From: Octopus bimaculoides
Lineage: Eukaryota
Assembly: GCF_001194135.2 (NCBI RefSeq)
Contig: NC_068998.1
Location: 22,728,008-22,792,007, forward strand
Reading direction: 5' to 3'
DNA length: 64,000 nt
Below, piece by piece: positions 38,515 to 51,700 of this stretch (position 1 is the stretch's first letter; each line of letters starts with the position of its first letter). The notes below the pieces were generated by a model. That model ran no database searches, was not told the DNA's origin, and worked only from the letters and a program-made list of their open reading frames with translations. Both the position numbers and the translations under genes were made by a program.

Positions 38515-39705
38515 NNNNNNNNNNNNNNNNNNNNNNNNNNNNNNNNNNNNNNNNNNNNNNNNNNNNNNNNNNNNNNNNNNNNNNNNNNNNNNNNNNNNNN
38601 NNNNNNNNNNNNNNNNNNNNNNNNNNNNNNNNNNNNNNNNNNNNNNNNNNNNNNNNNNNNNNNNNNNNNNNNNNNNNNNNNNNNNNNNNNNNNNNNNNNN
38701 NNNNNNNNNNNNNNNNNNNNNNNNNNNNNNNNNNNNNNNNNNNNNNNNNNNNNNNNNNNNNNNNNNNNNNNNNNNNNNNNNNNNNNNNNNNNNNNNNNNN
38801 NNNNNNNNNNNNNNNNNNNNNNNNNNNNNNNNNNNNNNNNNNNNNNNNNNNNNNNNNNNNNNNNNNNNNNNNNNNNNNNNNNNNNNNNNNNNNNNNNNNN
38901 NNNNNNNNNNNNNNNNNNNNNNNNNNNNNNNNNNNNNNNNNNNNNNNNNNNNNNNNNNNNNNNNNNNNNNNNNNNNNNNNNNNNNNNNNNNNNNNNNNNN
39001 NNNNNNNNNNNNNNNNNNNNNNNNNNNNNNNNNNNNNNNNNNNNNNNNNNNNNNNNNNNNNNNNNNNNNNNNNNNNNNNNNNNNNNNNNNNNNNNNNNNN
39101 NNNNNNNNNNNNNNNNNNNNNNNNNNNNNNNNNNNNNNNNNNNNNNNNNNNNNNNNNNNNNNNNNNNNNNNNNNNNNNNNNNNNNNNNNNNNNNNNNNNN
39201 NNNNNNNNNNNNNNNNNNNNNNNNNNNNNNNNNNNNNNNNNNNNNNNNNNNNNNNNNNNNNNNNNNNNNNNNNNNNNNNNNNNNNNNNNNNNNNNNNNNN
39301 NNNNNNNNNNNNNNNNNNNNNNNNNNNNNNNNNNNNNNNNNNNNNNNNNNNNNNNNNNNNNNNNNNNNNNNNNNNNNNNNNNNNNNNNNNNNNNNNNNNN
39401 NNNNNNNNNNNNNNNNNNNNNNNNNNNNNNNNNNNNNNNNNNNNNNNNNNNNNNNNNNNNNNNNNNNNNNNNNNNNNNNNNNNNAGATTTTAGAAAAGTA
39501 AATTCATATTAAAAGACAGAAAGAAGATAATACTTCAAGAAAGTCAGTATAGAAAAAGAAGAAAATATTTACAAGGATGATCAACATGTGTTACCGATTT
39601 CAGTTGTTCTAAAGACGATTTCGTCACACTGATGAGATGTGAAACAAACAGTAATAGAATAAATTGAATAAATATTTCATGTTATTTGGTTACCTTCTGA
39701 AGGCT

Positions 39706-39778
<73 letters not shown>
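39706..39778. repeat. (GTA)n microsatellite
   Basis: Direct read. Confidence 0.95.
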
Positions 39779-39779
<1 letters not shown>

Positions 39780-42700
39780 TGCTGTAGTATTTCAAACAGA
39801 GGAGCTATGCTTTCTAATTAAGGAGCTGTGCTTTCTTCAACAATGCTCATGACTGTATTATCCCTAGTACTGGCTGAATCATTCTAATTATTAGAAGATG
39901 CAATTTCATCTTGAAAAATAGTTTTAGGTGCAGTGACGATCGTAGGTTTTGCAGTAGAAATAGCAGAAGTATTACGAGTGACGGTAGTAGTAGTTGTAAT
40001 GTTAATAGCAGCATCGACAGTGTTTCATTAGTCGCTTCCATTTTTCTACAACTGTTATTTAGAGGTCGATATTTTGTTATGGAATTGTTTCATTCACTAT
40101 GAGTTGATGCCGCATTGTACAATTGCTAGATCAGGGTAAGGGGAAGTTCGGATATTTTAGTTGTTTCCTATCTTGCGGTTATTTTTATATGTCCACGCAC
40201 TAAGTCCTATTTTACTGTATTACCCTATTTTAATTTCCGTATATTATTACAAATTCAGTTTTATATATCCTTCGTATACCCTTTAGCTACACAGAAATGC
40301 AAAAACGTATTTACATAAAATTGATTTGATGTGTACATTTCCTTAAATATGGAACTTGGCATGACACTCAAAGCTTTCACTAAATTCACATTTTCATATA
40401 ACATATAATACAGAGAAGAGTTCAATTGGATTCACTTTCAAATTAATAAAATCTGTAAAATCAATATAGAAATCATAGATTCAAATAATGGTGTTTATAT
40501 AAAGCATTTAATGCTGTTTATATAAATATCTAATGTCGTTTATATAAACATCTCTTCCAGTAAACATCTAAATACGAATATTTAGAATGAGCAGTTCAAT
40601 ATAACTGATATGGGATTGAACGATGGAGAATGAAAGCAAAACTTGACTACACGGTTTCTTAAGAAAGCTATGTCTATATATATTCAGATCTCTTACTTTT
40701 CATTTTGGTTTCAAAGGTACAGGGCGTAGTTTGTGGCAGACATTTTTTTGAATTCAGGGTACTTGTATGAGGCATCCGTGTGATCATTAGTAGTTATATT
40801 TTCATTGTTTCATTTTCCCCACAGACTTTTAAAAAATCAAACACGCATACACGAAGAACACGTATTTATATGTGTGTGTGTGAGTGTATGCAAGTGTGCG
40901 TATATGTCTATGGATATATGTTTGCGTGTATATTCTATTAACGGATAACAGTAGAATTATGTACCGAAGCCAGCCACACATAATTCGGTGGGCTGGGAGG
41001 GTTGCAAAAGCGTTGGTCAAAAAGCTTAACACTTCTTCAGGCACTTTAGCGCCTGAGTTTAGAGTCTGCAACGGTTCTCTTTGCCGTTCATGCTTTAGGG
41101 GTGGAAAAAATAAAATTGAAGACTGGGCTCAATCGACTCCGCATTTTCTTGCAAGATGGTGTAATTATATATTTTATAAGCAACATGTAATATTTCTGAC
41201 TGTTTTTGTTCTCTCTGACATATCAAATTTTGAATTTATACCATATGGTAGGAGGACAATATTACGAATGGGAGTTTTAACAAGGTTTTAAATGCTTCTT
41301 GTCTAGAAACTTTAATTATAAAACACAGATCTATCTGTTTATAAATGTGTGTGCAACCCTGTGAGACTTTAATAATTGCAAGCTTCCCTTTTAAGTTTCT
41401 AAATATAAACATAACGATTATTCTGCATACTTGATACAGACTGCATTATCCATTGATCATAGGGCAACTACTTTCTAAACATCTTCCCGATTACAGAAAT
41501 ATAATTATGTGGCTATTTAAACCAAACTAAAATGATCAGTTTAAGTTAATATGTAAGCCACTTTGTAAAACATGGGTTTATCTGGGATTTGTACTAATTA
41601 ATTTTCTATGAAGAATCTTTTACTACTCATAGTACATCGATGAATATAATTTCAAATCTAAAAGTGCTTTGAAATTATCTGTTGGAAGACACATATATAT
41701 AAATGTATAAAGCTATATTTCATTTCTGCTAGCGGAGAAATACATAAAACCGATGCCAAAGAGAAAGAAAAATAAGTAAAGTGAAAATTAAAACTTTTGA
41801 AGTAAGCTCATGTTTTACTGCTTTCTTCTATTGACATGAATTAAATAGCCTTCATTACTACTGACTACTGCAACTAAATTACAATAACATTAATACTGAA
41901 TGTATATGGTAATGTTTGGTTTTGAAATACATACAGTTGTGTGTTTACATGCTGTAAAAGTAGAGAGTAACGCAGTCTCGTTTCACATGTTAACTTCATG
42001 TACTCAAACAGAATCATATTGAAGGACATATATCACTAGCTACTTGCTTTCAATGATAATAACATGGGTTTAACCGACTCAACTTCGCATGAGATGATCT
42101 ATACTATTCTACGTGGAAGCAGATAATAAAAAGGAACATTTGATCTATGTTACAAATTATTGCTAAGGAAACTTTAGTGAAAGATATGTTCTTGTAGAAT
42201 ATATGTGGTCTTCCAAAACATGCGTTATGAGGTGTAGAGTGTTTAATGAATGAACTGTTTTCTTCAATAATACTGATGAATTAATATGGATACAACTCTG
42301 GGCATATAAGTAACAGCACACAATGTCTATTAAGTTTAAGTCACTAAAGTTCTTTGAATACTAATGTTTGAGAGAAAATAACTCAAAGGTTAGGGATGAA
42401 AATTTACAAATGATGTTCAACTAGTTTTATGTGATTTAGTTCAAGAGAAATTAATTTCCCTATGGATAAGCTTATTGTATTGCATGCAAAAGTGTAGCTG
42501 CGCATTTCTAACGAAGTTTGGTGAAATTATGCTTGTAGATTAAACATTTCTTCTCAAAATCTTAATGATTTACACCGCCTCGTTTTGAGTTTACAGTTTA
42601 TAATCAAGCGATCCTCACCATAAAATAACTAAAAACCTAATGGAATTTCAGATTACAATGATTAAATAACATTCCTTAACAATTGATCATAGTTACGCTA

Positions 42701-43274
42701 CAAGCATTACTTTTTTATTGCATTCAAGTACATCACAGTAGGTGCAAGTCTAAAGCATAAAATGTATGTACAAAAAAACATTCTTACACGCTAGGTTTAA
42801 TACCATGTTATCTATAGTCGTAGATGACATGATTTAATATTCGTGAAGTTTCAATCAATCATTCCTGGAACAGTGTTGAATCCACTCGAATTGGAACAGA
42901 AATTAAATATGTGGATATATTGCATGATTGTTACAAATTTGAACTCAACAAGTCATAAATAATATTGTTGAATGGCACAACTCCAAACAAGAGCCACATC
43001 AGACCTAAATCTGATTTGCATATATATATGTTATTTGAGGAGATTCACTGGAAGTATCATTTTTCTGAAGCATTGATATACGTGGGAAGAAATGATTCTT
43101 AAAGGACAGTGTTCGTCCTAATGCTTGTAATGTCATCGAAAATCCAAGTGGGTATCTAAGGGGTCGATAGACGAAATCTGTTTTCAAAGATATACATGTA
43201 TACGCTCCAGTATGCCCCTCTATATATTTATGTATGTACATACATACATACATACACACATACATACACCCCCC

Positions 43275-43313
<39 letters not shown>

Positions 43314-44600
43314 NNNNNNNNNNNNNNNNNNNNNNNNNNNNNNNNNNNNNNNNNNNNNNNNNNNNNNNNNNNNNNNNNNNNNNNNNNNNNNNNNNNNNNN
43401 NNNNNNNNNNNNNNNNNNNNNNNNNNNNNNNNNNNNNNNNNNNNNNNNNNNNNNNNNNNNNNNNNNNNNNNNNNNNNNNNNNNNNNNNNNNNNNNNNNNN
43501 NNNNNNNNNNNNNNNNNNNNNNNNNNNNNNNNNNNNNNNNNNNNNNNNNNNNNNNNNNNNNNNNNNNNNNNNNNNNNNNNNNNNNNNNNNNNNNNNNNNN
43601 NNNNNNNNNNNNNNNNNNNNNNNNNNNNNNNNNNNNNNNNNNNNNNNNNNNNNNNNNNNNNNNNNNNNNNNNNNNNNNNNNNNNNNNNNNNNNNNNNNNN
43701 NNNNNNNNNNNNNNNNNNNNNNNNNNNNNNNNNNNNNNNNNNNNNNNNNNNNNNNNNNNNNNNNNNNNNNNNNNNNNNNNNNNNNNNNNNNNNNNNNNNN
43801 NNNNNNNNNNNNNNNNNNNNNNNNNNNNNNNNNNNNNNNNNNNNNNNNNNNNNNNNNNNNNNNNNNNNNNNNNNNNNNNNNNNNNNNNNNNNNNNNNNNN
43901 NNNNNNNNNNNNNNNNNNNNNNNNNNNNNNNNNNNNNNNNNNNNNNNNNNNNNNNNNNNNNNNNNNNNNNNNNNNNNNNNNNNNNNNNNNNNNNNNNNNN
44001 NNNNNNNNNNNNNNNNNNNNNNNNNNNNNNNNNNNNNNNNNNNNNNNNNNNNNNNNNNNNNNNNNNNNNNNNNNNNNNNNNNNNNNNNNNNNNNNNNNNN
44101 NNNNNNNNNNNNNNNNNNNNNNNNNNNNNNNNNNNNNNNNNNNNNNNNNNNNNNNNNNNNNNNNNNNNNNNNNNNNNNNNNNNNNNNNNNNNNNNNNNNN
44201 NNNNNNNNNNNNNNNNNNNNTATATATATATAACACTAAGATTTGAAAAAAAATGTTAATATCATCTGTGTATAGAATTTTAAATTGATGGTATCAACAG
44301 TAACAACAAAGGTGGTTCACAGGCAAAAAGCATTATTTTGCTATAAATTACAAATTAACACGAAGGGTAAGGATGCAGAAAAGCATCAACCGGCTAGAAA
44401 TAAGAGTTAAACCTTAATTAAAGCAGCGTAAATCACCACGATATCAAAGAAATAACAGAAGGCAACGAAACGGAAAGAATTAATACATCCAAAAGCACAA
44501 CTATGAAAGATTATGCAATTTAGGACATCCACATACCCGGGTTTTGGATTTTGGAAATTAATCCTTATACTTCTTCAGTGTAGAACACCCAATAAAGCCA

Positions 44601-44614
44601 TATTATTATTATTG

Positions 44615-44655
<41 letters not shown>

Positions 44656-44751
44656 GTCGTTGCTGCTGTTGTTGTTGTTGTTGTTGTTGTTGTTATCATT
44701 ATTATTAGTAGTAGTAGTATTGTAATTATCATTATTATTATTATTATGTTT
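44601..44751. repeat. Compound (ATT)/(GTT)/(GTA) microsatellite, tail of the minus-strand LINE
   Basis: Direct read; abuts the LINE 3' UTR. Confidence 0.9.
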
Positions 44752-45830
44752 TATTTCATCTTTCTTCAAATTTTCTTCCATTTCTCGTCGAATGTTTTCC
44801 GTTCACCTAGTGTAGAGAAGCTCATTGTATGCATTCCCAGTTTACACACGCAACTTCACAGGTAAAATATGTATAAATAAAAATAATAGATAAATAAATT
44901 CATGAATGGATGTTGTATTCATAGCGATAATGCTCTTCTCAGTACTTGAGTCGTTCCAGATAACACAATTTTTGACACTTCCTGTAGGGATGGTAAGCCT
45001 GGTATCATTTTCAAATAGGTTTCAGTAACATTTTTCTTATCATTCCCAGAGATCCTACTATCACTGGTACGGTAGTCGCCTTGAGATGCCGCATCTTTTC
45101 AATTTCTATGAGCAAGTCTGTATATTTACTGATCTTGTCAAATTCTTTCGCCGCTATTTCATGATCGCAAGGAATACCCATGTCAATTAATAAACACATT
45201 TTTTTCTTTTCTTTTATAGTAGTATCCGCTTTATTATCTTTTATAGTTTTGTCGGTATATACTGAGAAATCCCAAAGAATCGACGCATTTTCTCCCTCAG
45301 TCACAGCTTCGGGATGGTGTTTATACCATTTGTCAGCGATTTTGTCTGTATAATGCCGACATAGTGTCTAGTATAAATACTGGCCGACTCTGTCATGTCT
45401 TGCGTTATATTCTACAGGTGCTAAGACATCCTGAGATTAGGTGGTCTATAGTTTCAATCTCATCGTTACAGAATCGGCATTTTGGGTCAGCTCCATTTTT
45501 TTATTACATTGGCTTGGTAGTTCCAGGTTAATAAGCTTTAGTCTTGAACAGCTAATATGAAACTTCACTCTCTGCTTTTAGCCCCGAGCTTCGTAATCAT
45601 TGATGCGTGTGTTTCTGGTCGACATCAGCTCGTTTGCTACGGACCACATACTTGCCATGCAGAGGTTTCTGTTCCCATCTGCTAGGTAATTTTTCAAGTG
45701 CTTTCGATTTTGCAATTAATTTTCAACCTTCCATCGTTTACACTTACTTCTTTCTCGTCTTTTCTAATTTGATTTTCTCATCCTTTCGTCCTATTTTCAG
45801 CATGTTATTTCATGTGGGCTCAGCCTGAAG
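44752..45830 (-). mobile_element. 3' portion of an R4/Dong-like LINE
   Basis: WEQKPLHGKY...LKAESE..ILAVQD...PKCRFCNDEIETIDHLISGC...RHDRVG...ILWDF...LIDMGIP...VPVIVGSLG...KIVLSGTTQVLRRAL, then 3' UTR. Confidence 0.9.
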
Positions 45831-46014
45831 ATTGCGAGAAGGCACTAGACGTTTAAAAGACAAAACTTACGTAAAGCATAACAAAAATTGTAAACACTAA
45901 CAAGAAAAGACATGATTTCTCAAAATTACCGGAATTAATCTGCTCTTCAAAGCTGTGTGCTATTACGCAATCTCAATGATTACTGTGCATGTAACTTTAG
46001 AGGGTGACCTGAAA

Positions 46015-46190
46015 GAATACTTATCACTACAGGCAAAATAATTGCAGGCGTTTCGTGCACCTTTATATCCCGAATTCAATTCCCGCCGAAGTTGACTTTG
46101 CTGTTTCTCCCTTTTCGTGCTGGGAAAATAAGTATAAGATGAGTCCTCTCGCCCGGTTGAGAATTGGAAACCCGTGTTATGCATTTATGT
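46015..46190 (+). mobile_element. Highly degenerate SINE family A copy
   Basis: gaattcaattcccgccgaagttgactttgc...aaaataagta. Confidence 0.55.
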
Positions 46191-47136
46191 TGGTTGTTTT
46201 CAGTTTTACCGATTATATCTCTATGAACGTGTTGCTCACAGTTGCACGACGTTATTTTGAATTTCAAACAACAGGTCTCTCATGAAAATAAGCTTTAGTT
46301 GCACAAAATGCCTAAGGTGTTATGCGCCGTAATCTTAGATATGAACTCTTTTAGTTAGAATGAAGATAAGTGATATGGATTGCAGATAAAGCAGAGTGTA
46401 CATGTAAATACTGAAATCTCTTTGAGTCTTTTTATCTCTGAAAGTCCCTTTATGTGTTATTCGTATTATCCCTATCTTCAGTCAATTACTATTTTTCTAT
46501 TTATTCTTCTTTTGGTAATATTAATGTATGACACATATACCTGGTTGTATAAGAAATATAAATGACTCTATTTTACGCGGTAGCTTATTACTTAGACATT
46601 TGATCTAATATGTTATTGTTGGTTGTACTGCTGTTGCTCTAATTCAAAGTAAATATTTCACTCATATCAGCGTACATTTGAAACCGTTTGCTCCCTTTAC
46701 GTGTTATTTCTTCATAGCATCATACGTATAAGATACATGACATTTTAGACAGACCTATTTCTGTAAATAAAAATTCATTAGTAAACCTATAAATATACGT
46801 CAGAAGTTTAAATAATGAGAGGAGCATTTCACTTCAATATTTCACATCAGTTAACTCATGCAGTTAATTTATATCAGTTGATTAGTAGCCTTCTGCTCTG
46901 TATAGTTCATCAACCTCATATTCTTTCAAAAAAAAACATACCAATATTTGGCAATATATGTACAATTTTATACAAAATATTTTATGTCTACGTATCTATG
47001 AAAAGTTGATATTGAGCATATCGACTCATTGAACATACATTCAAAAGTGAATTTGATATATGATATATAGTTATTAACATAAGGATAGACATACAAACCT
47101 GTTCGCCGTCCTATATGTATATGCATATATATGTCT

Positions 47137-47140
47137 GTGT

Positions 47141-47234
<94 letters not shown>

Positions 47235-47250
47235 CCGTGTGTCTGTGTGT
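47137..47250. repeat. (GT)n microsatellite
   Basis: Direct read. Confidence 0.95.
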
Positions 47251-47251
47251 G

Positions 47252-48564
47252 TATAATGAAAATTATAGTGATGATGTTGACGGTAATACAGAATTTTACA
47301 ATGTTAATAATCGTAGCAATATTTCATTGCATGCAATTTTTTAAAAGGTATTATTTCAATATTCGATGACCTCGGTAATGAAGAGAATAGTAAATGATGG
47401 TTCAACTGAAGAAACAGAGATATATAACATCTAAAAGAAGGAAGTTTCTCGTGGCCCACATTTTAATATCCAGTTGGCTTTTGCACTTAGCAAATCGCTC
47501 ATCTACTTTTTTATTGTTTTTATTTTAACTGTTTCGGCCATCATCATATGGCCATCCCGAAGCACTTTCTTGAAGAATTTTAGTCAAAAGTTTTCACTCA
47601 AATAAACGAGTTTCTTTTGCGCGTGTAGTTTTGTCAATCGTTCTATATTGTTGAACCGCTAAAAATAACAACATCTGTCATCAAGCGGTGATAGAGAGCA
47701 CATACAGACACGAAAACTTACGCATATGTGTATACACATACATATGTGTATATGTGCATATATACATATATATGTATTATCTCTCTCTCTCTCTCTCTCT
47801 CTCTCTTTATATATATATATATGTATATATGTGTATACACACATACATATATACATATATATATATACACATACATATGTACATATGCATACATATGTAT
47901 GCATATATATATATATATATATNNNNNNNNNNNNNNNNNNNNNNNNNNNNNNNNNNNNNNNNNNNNNNNNNNNNNNNNNNNNNNNNNNNNNNNNNNNNNN
48001 NNNNNNNNNNNNNNNNNNNNNNNNNNNNNNNNNNNNNNNNNNNNNNNNNNNNNNNNNNNNNATATACACCCCGCTTAATGACAGATGTTTGTTTTTGTAT
48101 AACCCGTACGATAGCAGTTTAGCAAAATAGAGCGATAGACAAAAGTTCATGCTTAAATAAAAAAATAAAAACATGGGTACTTGAGTGGATAGTTTTAACT
48201 AAAATTCTTCAAGGAGGTGCTCGGGGATGGCCAGATAATGATGGTTCAAACAGTTAAAATCAAAACAATAAAAGAAGTACAAACGTTGGAGGGAAATGCT
48301 CTAATGTAAAGATGAACAATTTCCTAAGTGTAAGAGCTAACTGGATATTAAAATATGGGCCATGAGAGAAATTTCCTTCTTTTAGATGTTATACATTTCT
48401 GTTTCTTTAACTGAACCATCATTCACTATTCACTTCATTCCTGAAATCAACGAATATTGAAATAATATGCTATAAAAAATTGTATTCAATGACATATTGC
48501 TAAGGTAATTAACATTGTAAAAATCTCTATCATCGTCAACGTCATCACCATAATTTTCATTATA
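47252..48564. repeat. Long imperfect inverted duplication (arms 47252-47688 and 48070-48564)
   Basis: Arms align colinearly as reverse complements over ~440 bp (~80% by eye), covering ~250 bp of non-SINE sequence plus the 3' half of a family B SINE; the spacer is microsatellite plus a 159-N gap. Confidence 0.9.
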
Positions 48565-48681
48565 ATATACGTTATATTCCTCCTTGTATTCGTCGTCACC
48601 TTCAACGCTGTCGTCATCATGTTTGCTAGCATTACTATCATTAAGATTTGCATCTTCTATCTCGTCATCATTATCAACACC

Positions 48682-48775
48682 ACGACGACAACGACGATGA
48701 CGACGACGACGACGATGACCACCACCTCCAACAACAGCATCAACGACACCAACACTATAGCCATCATTATCATTA
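48682..48775. repeat. (GAC/GAT/CAN) trinucleotide low-complexity tract
   Basis: Direct read. Confidence 0.85.
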
Positions 48776-51700
48776 TAACAGCGTATATAATGACGAAAGA
48801 TGCTCTCTTTTCCAATGGTTCCTTATGGTAGACATGATATTCGATTTTATTATATCTGTTTAGATTCATATATAGAAAACTTTCCGTGTACTGAAACTTT
48901 AAATTATTAGTAGATTTAAATTTGTTTAGTTGCACCTCTTTATTTTTGTATCATAGTTGTTGACATTTTGATCTTCGGGTGAAATAGATGGGATACGTGA
49001 TTCGACACTGAACACACATACAACAATAATCAATGTTTTTTTTTTTTTTTGTTTTTATTATTTTATTCACTGCTACAATAATACACACTATTTTCATTTA
49101 TTCGCAGTGAAAATTAAATTGCTGAAATCAAGGAGAAAGTAAATCGTCTATATTTTGCTAACAAAACAGTATTGGCACGTATTCTGTCAACAAATATATA
49201 TTCATCCATACAGCCATATAGCACACACATGCCCACACGCAAACACTCTCACACACACACACACACGCATGCACATATACACACAGATATATATATCCGA
49301 GTACGTATATGTGTGTCTTGTGTATATGTCTGTATGTGTTTGTGTATGTGTGTGTGCGTGTATTTAGCCATTATTGGCAGGCTGCCTAAATATATCCCAA
49401 TTTAAATATAAGAAATATTTGATCTTTAGTAGGAATAGCAATCAAACACGTTCTTTTGTACCATATACAATTTTATATTCTGATGATTTCTTTACAGCGT
49501 TTGTCCAATATTAACTGGAAAGACATCTATTACATATCTATTTTTTTTTCTTTTCTTATCTCATTGAACAAGATATTATTTTCTCTTTAATTTTTCTCCG
49601 AAACATCTAATTTCTTCTTCCGCTGTACATAAGTAGGCTCTGGAATTTGGATTACAGCAACGTTGAGTGTAACACATCTACCGTTTGGAATTTGTGGGAT
49701 TTCGATTGCCATACAGAACAGATTGTAAACGTGGAGTTTGTTTTAACAGAATCTCTAGGTGCTTCGAAATAATGAGTTTATTGCAGAACCGTTTAAACAT
49801 ATATTAACATGAGCAAATAAACTTTTTGGGTATTTATATGTGTCTGTATATATATATATATATNNNNNNNNNNNNNNNNNNNNNNNNNNNNNNNNNNNNN
49901 NNNNNNNNNNNNNNNNNNNNNNNNNNNNNNNNNNNNNNNNNNNNNNNNNNNNNNNNNNNNNNNNNNNNNNNNNNNNNNNNNNNNNNNNNNNNNNNNNNNN
50001 NNNNNNNNNNNNNNNNNNNNNNNNNNNNNNNNNNNNNNNNNNNNNNNNNNNNATATATATATATATATATATAGGAATGGGTGTATGTGTTTAATTACTT
50101 AGAAAAACAATGCGACCACGTGATTTATAAGAAGTAATAGAAGTCGATGGGTTGTTGTATCGTCTTTTGTTTTCATATTGTAGGGTTATAGACATAATAA
50201 TTTGGTATGCGGCAGGAATTTTAGGGCTCAGCCATAAATCTTGATTTCAATAATATGTCAATGTTTATGACACACTATCCAATTTTATATGGCTGACTAT
50301 CAGCGCAAATGTAGAAACATTACTCACATTGTGTGAAATTACATCCCGTGCTGCAAAACATTTCATCCCATCCACGCTAGAAATTGCGGAAATATCTTTG
50401 AGGCAGCAGTTGAGATATATCATTAGATGACAGAATTAAATATGTTCCTTGAATACAAACTTACAAAAATACACAAACACCATCTTCCACATAAAAATCT
50501 AACTAGCACACATGTATATTAGGGGACTGATTCTGATTTTTACAAAGGTTGTGTGACTGTTACATATTTTCTTACGTGACTCACCAACATTTTTCTGGTG
50601 AGTTGCTAGAACTAATCCGATTATGGACTGTCATTAGTAAATTTATATGGAACAGCGAAGACAATTTTAAATAAATTGTAGCCTAGTGCATTCTTTAAAG
50701 ACTGGATGTTTAGAAGTCCTAAAATCACACAGTTTCATACGCTCCCATTTAACTGATTACCAATGTGTAATACTTATGATATGGACATGTGGATAGGCCA
50801 AAGAAAGTTGATAACAAAGGTATTCATACACCTAGAATGCATTTAAGGATACAACACCAATCTGTTTTCAAACAAGTACCATTGTATTGCATATATTTAG
50901 CTTCTGAATGACAACCTAACGCAATGAATCTGTAATTGAAGTTTGCCAATTTCAACTAGTCATTTTAAATCATTTTAAAATTAAAATTTGGCAGTAGCTG
51001 GCAGATTTTGTGACGGAACTAGACATTGAATTTTAGACAGTGGTGTGTTGTCTCTTCTTTGTAATGTATCTGGGTTTAAATATCCTTTATCTTTTACTTT
51101 CATTTAATTAGTTGATTTATTGTAAAAGGCTAATTTAATTTCTAGTCATAAATCAATAACTATTTCAACAGTAGTCAGATATTTTTAGATGTGGCGTGTC
51201 CATTTTCATTGACTGTATTATCTATTCATAAATGTGTTAAAACTCAGGTAAGAATGAAAATATTAGAGATATAGAAAATAGTATCACATACTTTGGTTAT
51301 GTTTTAGATATCCAGATTAAAGAAGTTGTTTCCCTTTTCCCCCCAGAACAACTGAACTATTTCTAGTAACTGTCAATTATAGCACTCCACATATGCAGAC
51401 ATTATGATAAATAAATGTAGTTATAAATGTAAAACTAGACATCTTAGTCAGAACGTGAGACAATGCTGCTTAAACAAAACTAATATCGGACATACTTAAC
51501 GATACTATTTAAAATCGATGAATTCGCCTTATAATTAGTGCAGTTATATATTCTAACGTATAACTCAACATTGTTCATAAATAGAATTTATAGGTATCGT
51601 TTATAACATCTATGTGTTTTCCTATGTCACAGGCTCTATGTATAAAAGACTGCAAAAAATACACAGTTCTGTAGAGATATGAGTGAAGTATTTTATTCCA

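Noticed and set aside
39620-39660. CTGATGAGATGTGAAAC hammerhead-like string
   Set aside because: No helix II, no NUH triplet and no helix I.
40965-41092. Candidate minus-strand coding exon (HERQREPLQTLNSGAKVPEEV...)
   Set aside because: AAG acceptor and weak GTACAT donor, no recognisable homology; within chance expectation.
44340-44600. Possible + strand remnant of a LINE C-terminus (aagattatgcaatttaggacatccacatac resembles KIAILGTSHIL)
   Set aside because: A single short, frameshifted motif; not enough to call.
45820-45860. CTGAAGATTGC...GCA near the LINE 5' truncation point
   Set aside because: No GAAA box and no helix I or III pairing.
50579-50610. 8-bp hairpin followed by CTAG, resembling a Helitron 3' end
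   Set aside because: Hairpin-to-CTAG spacing is too short, the next base is not T, and no matching 5' TC end was found.
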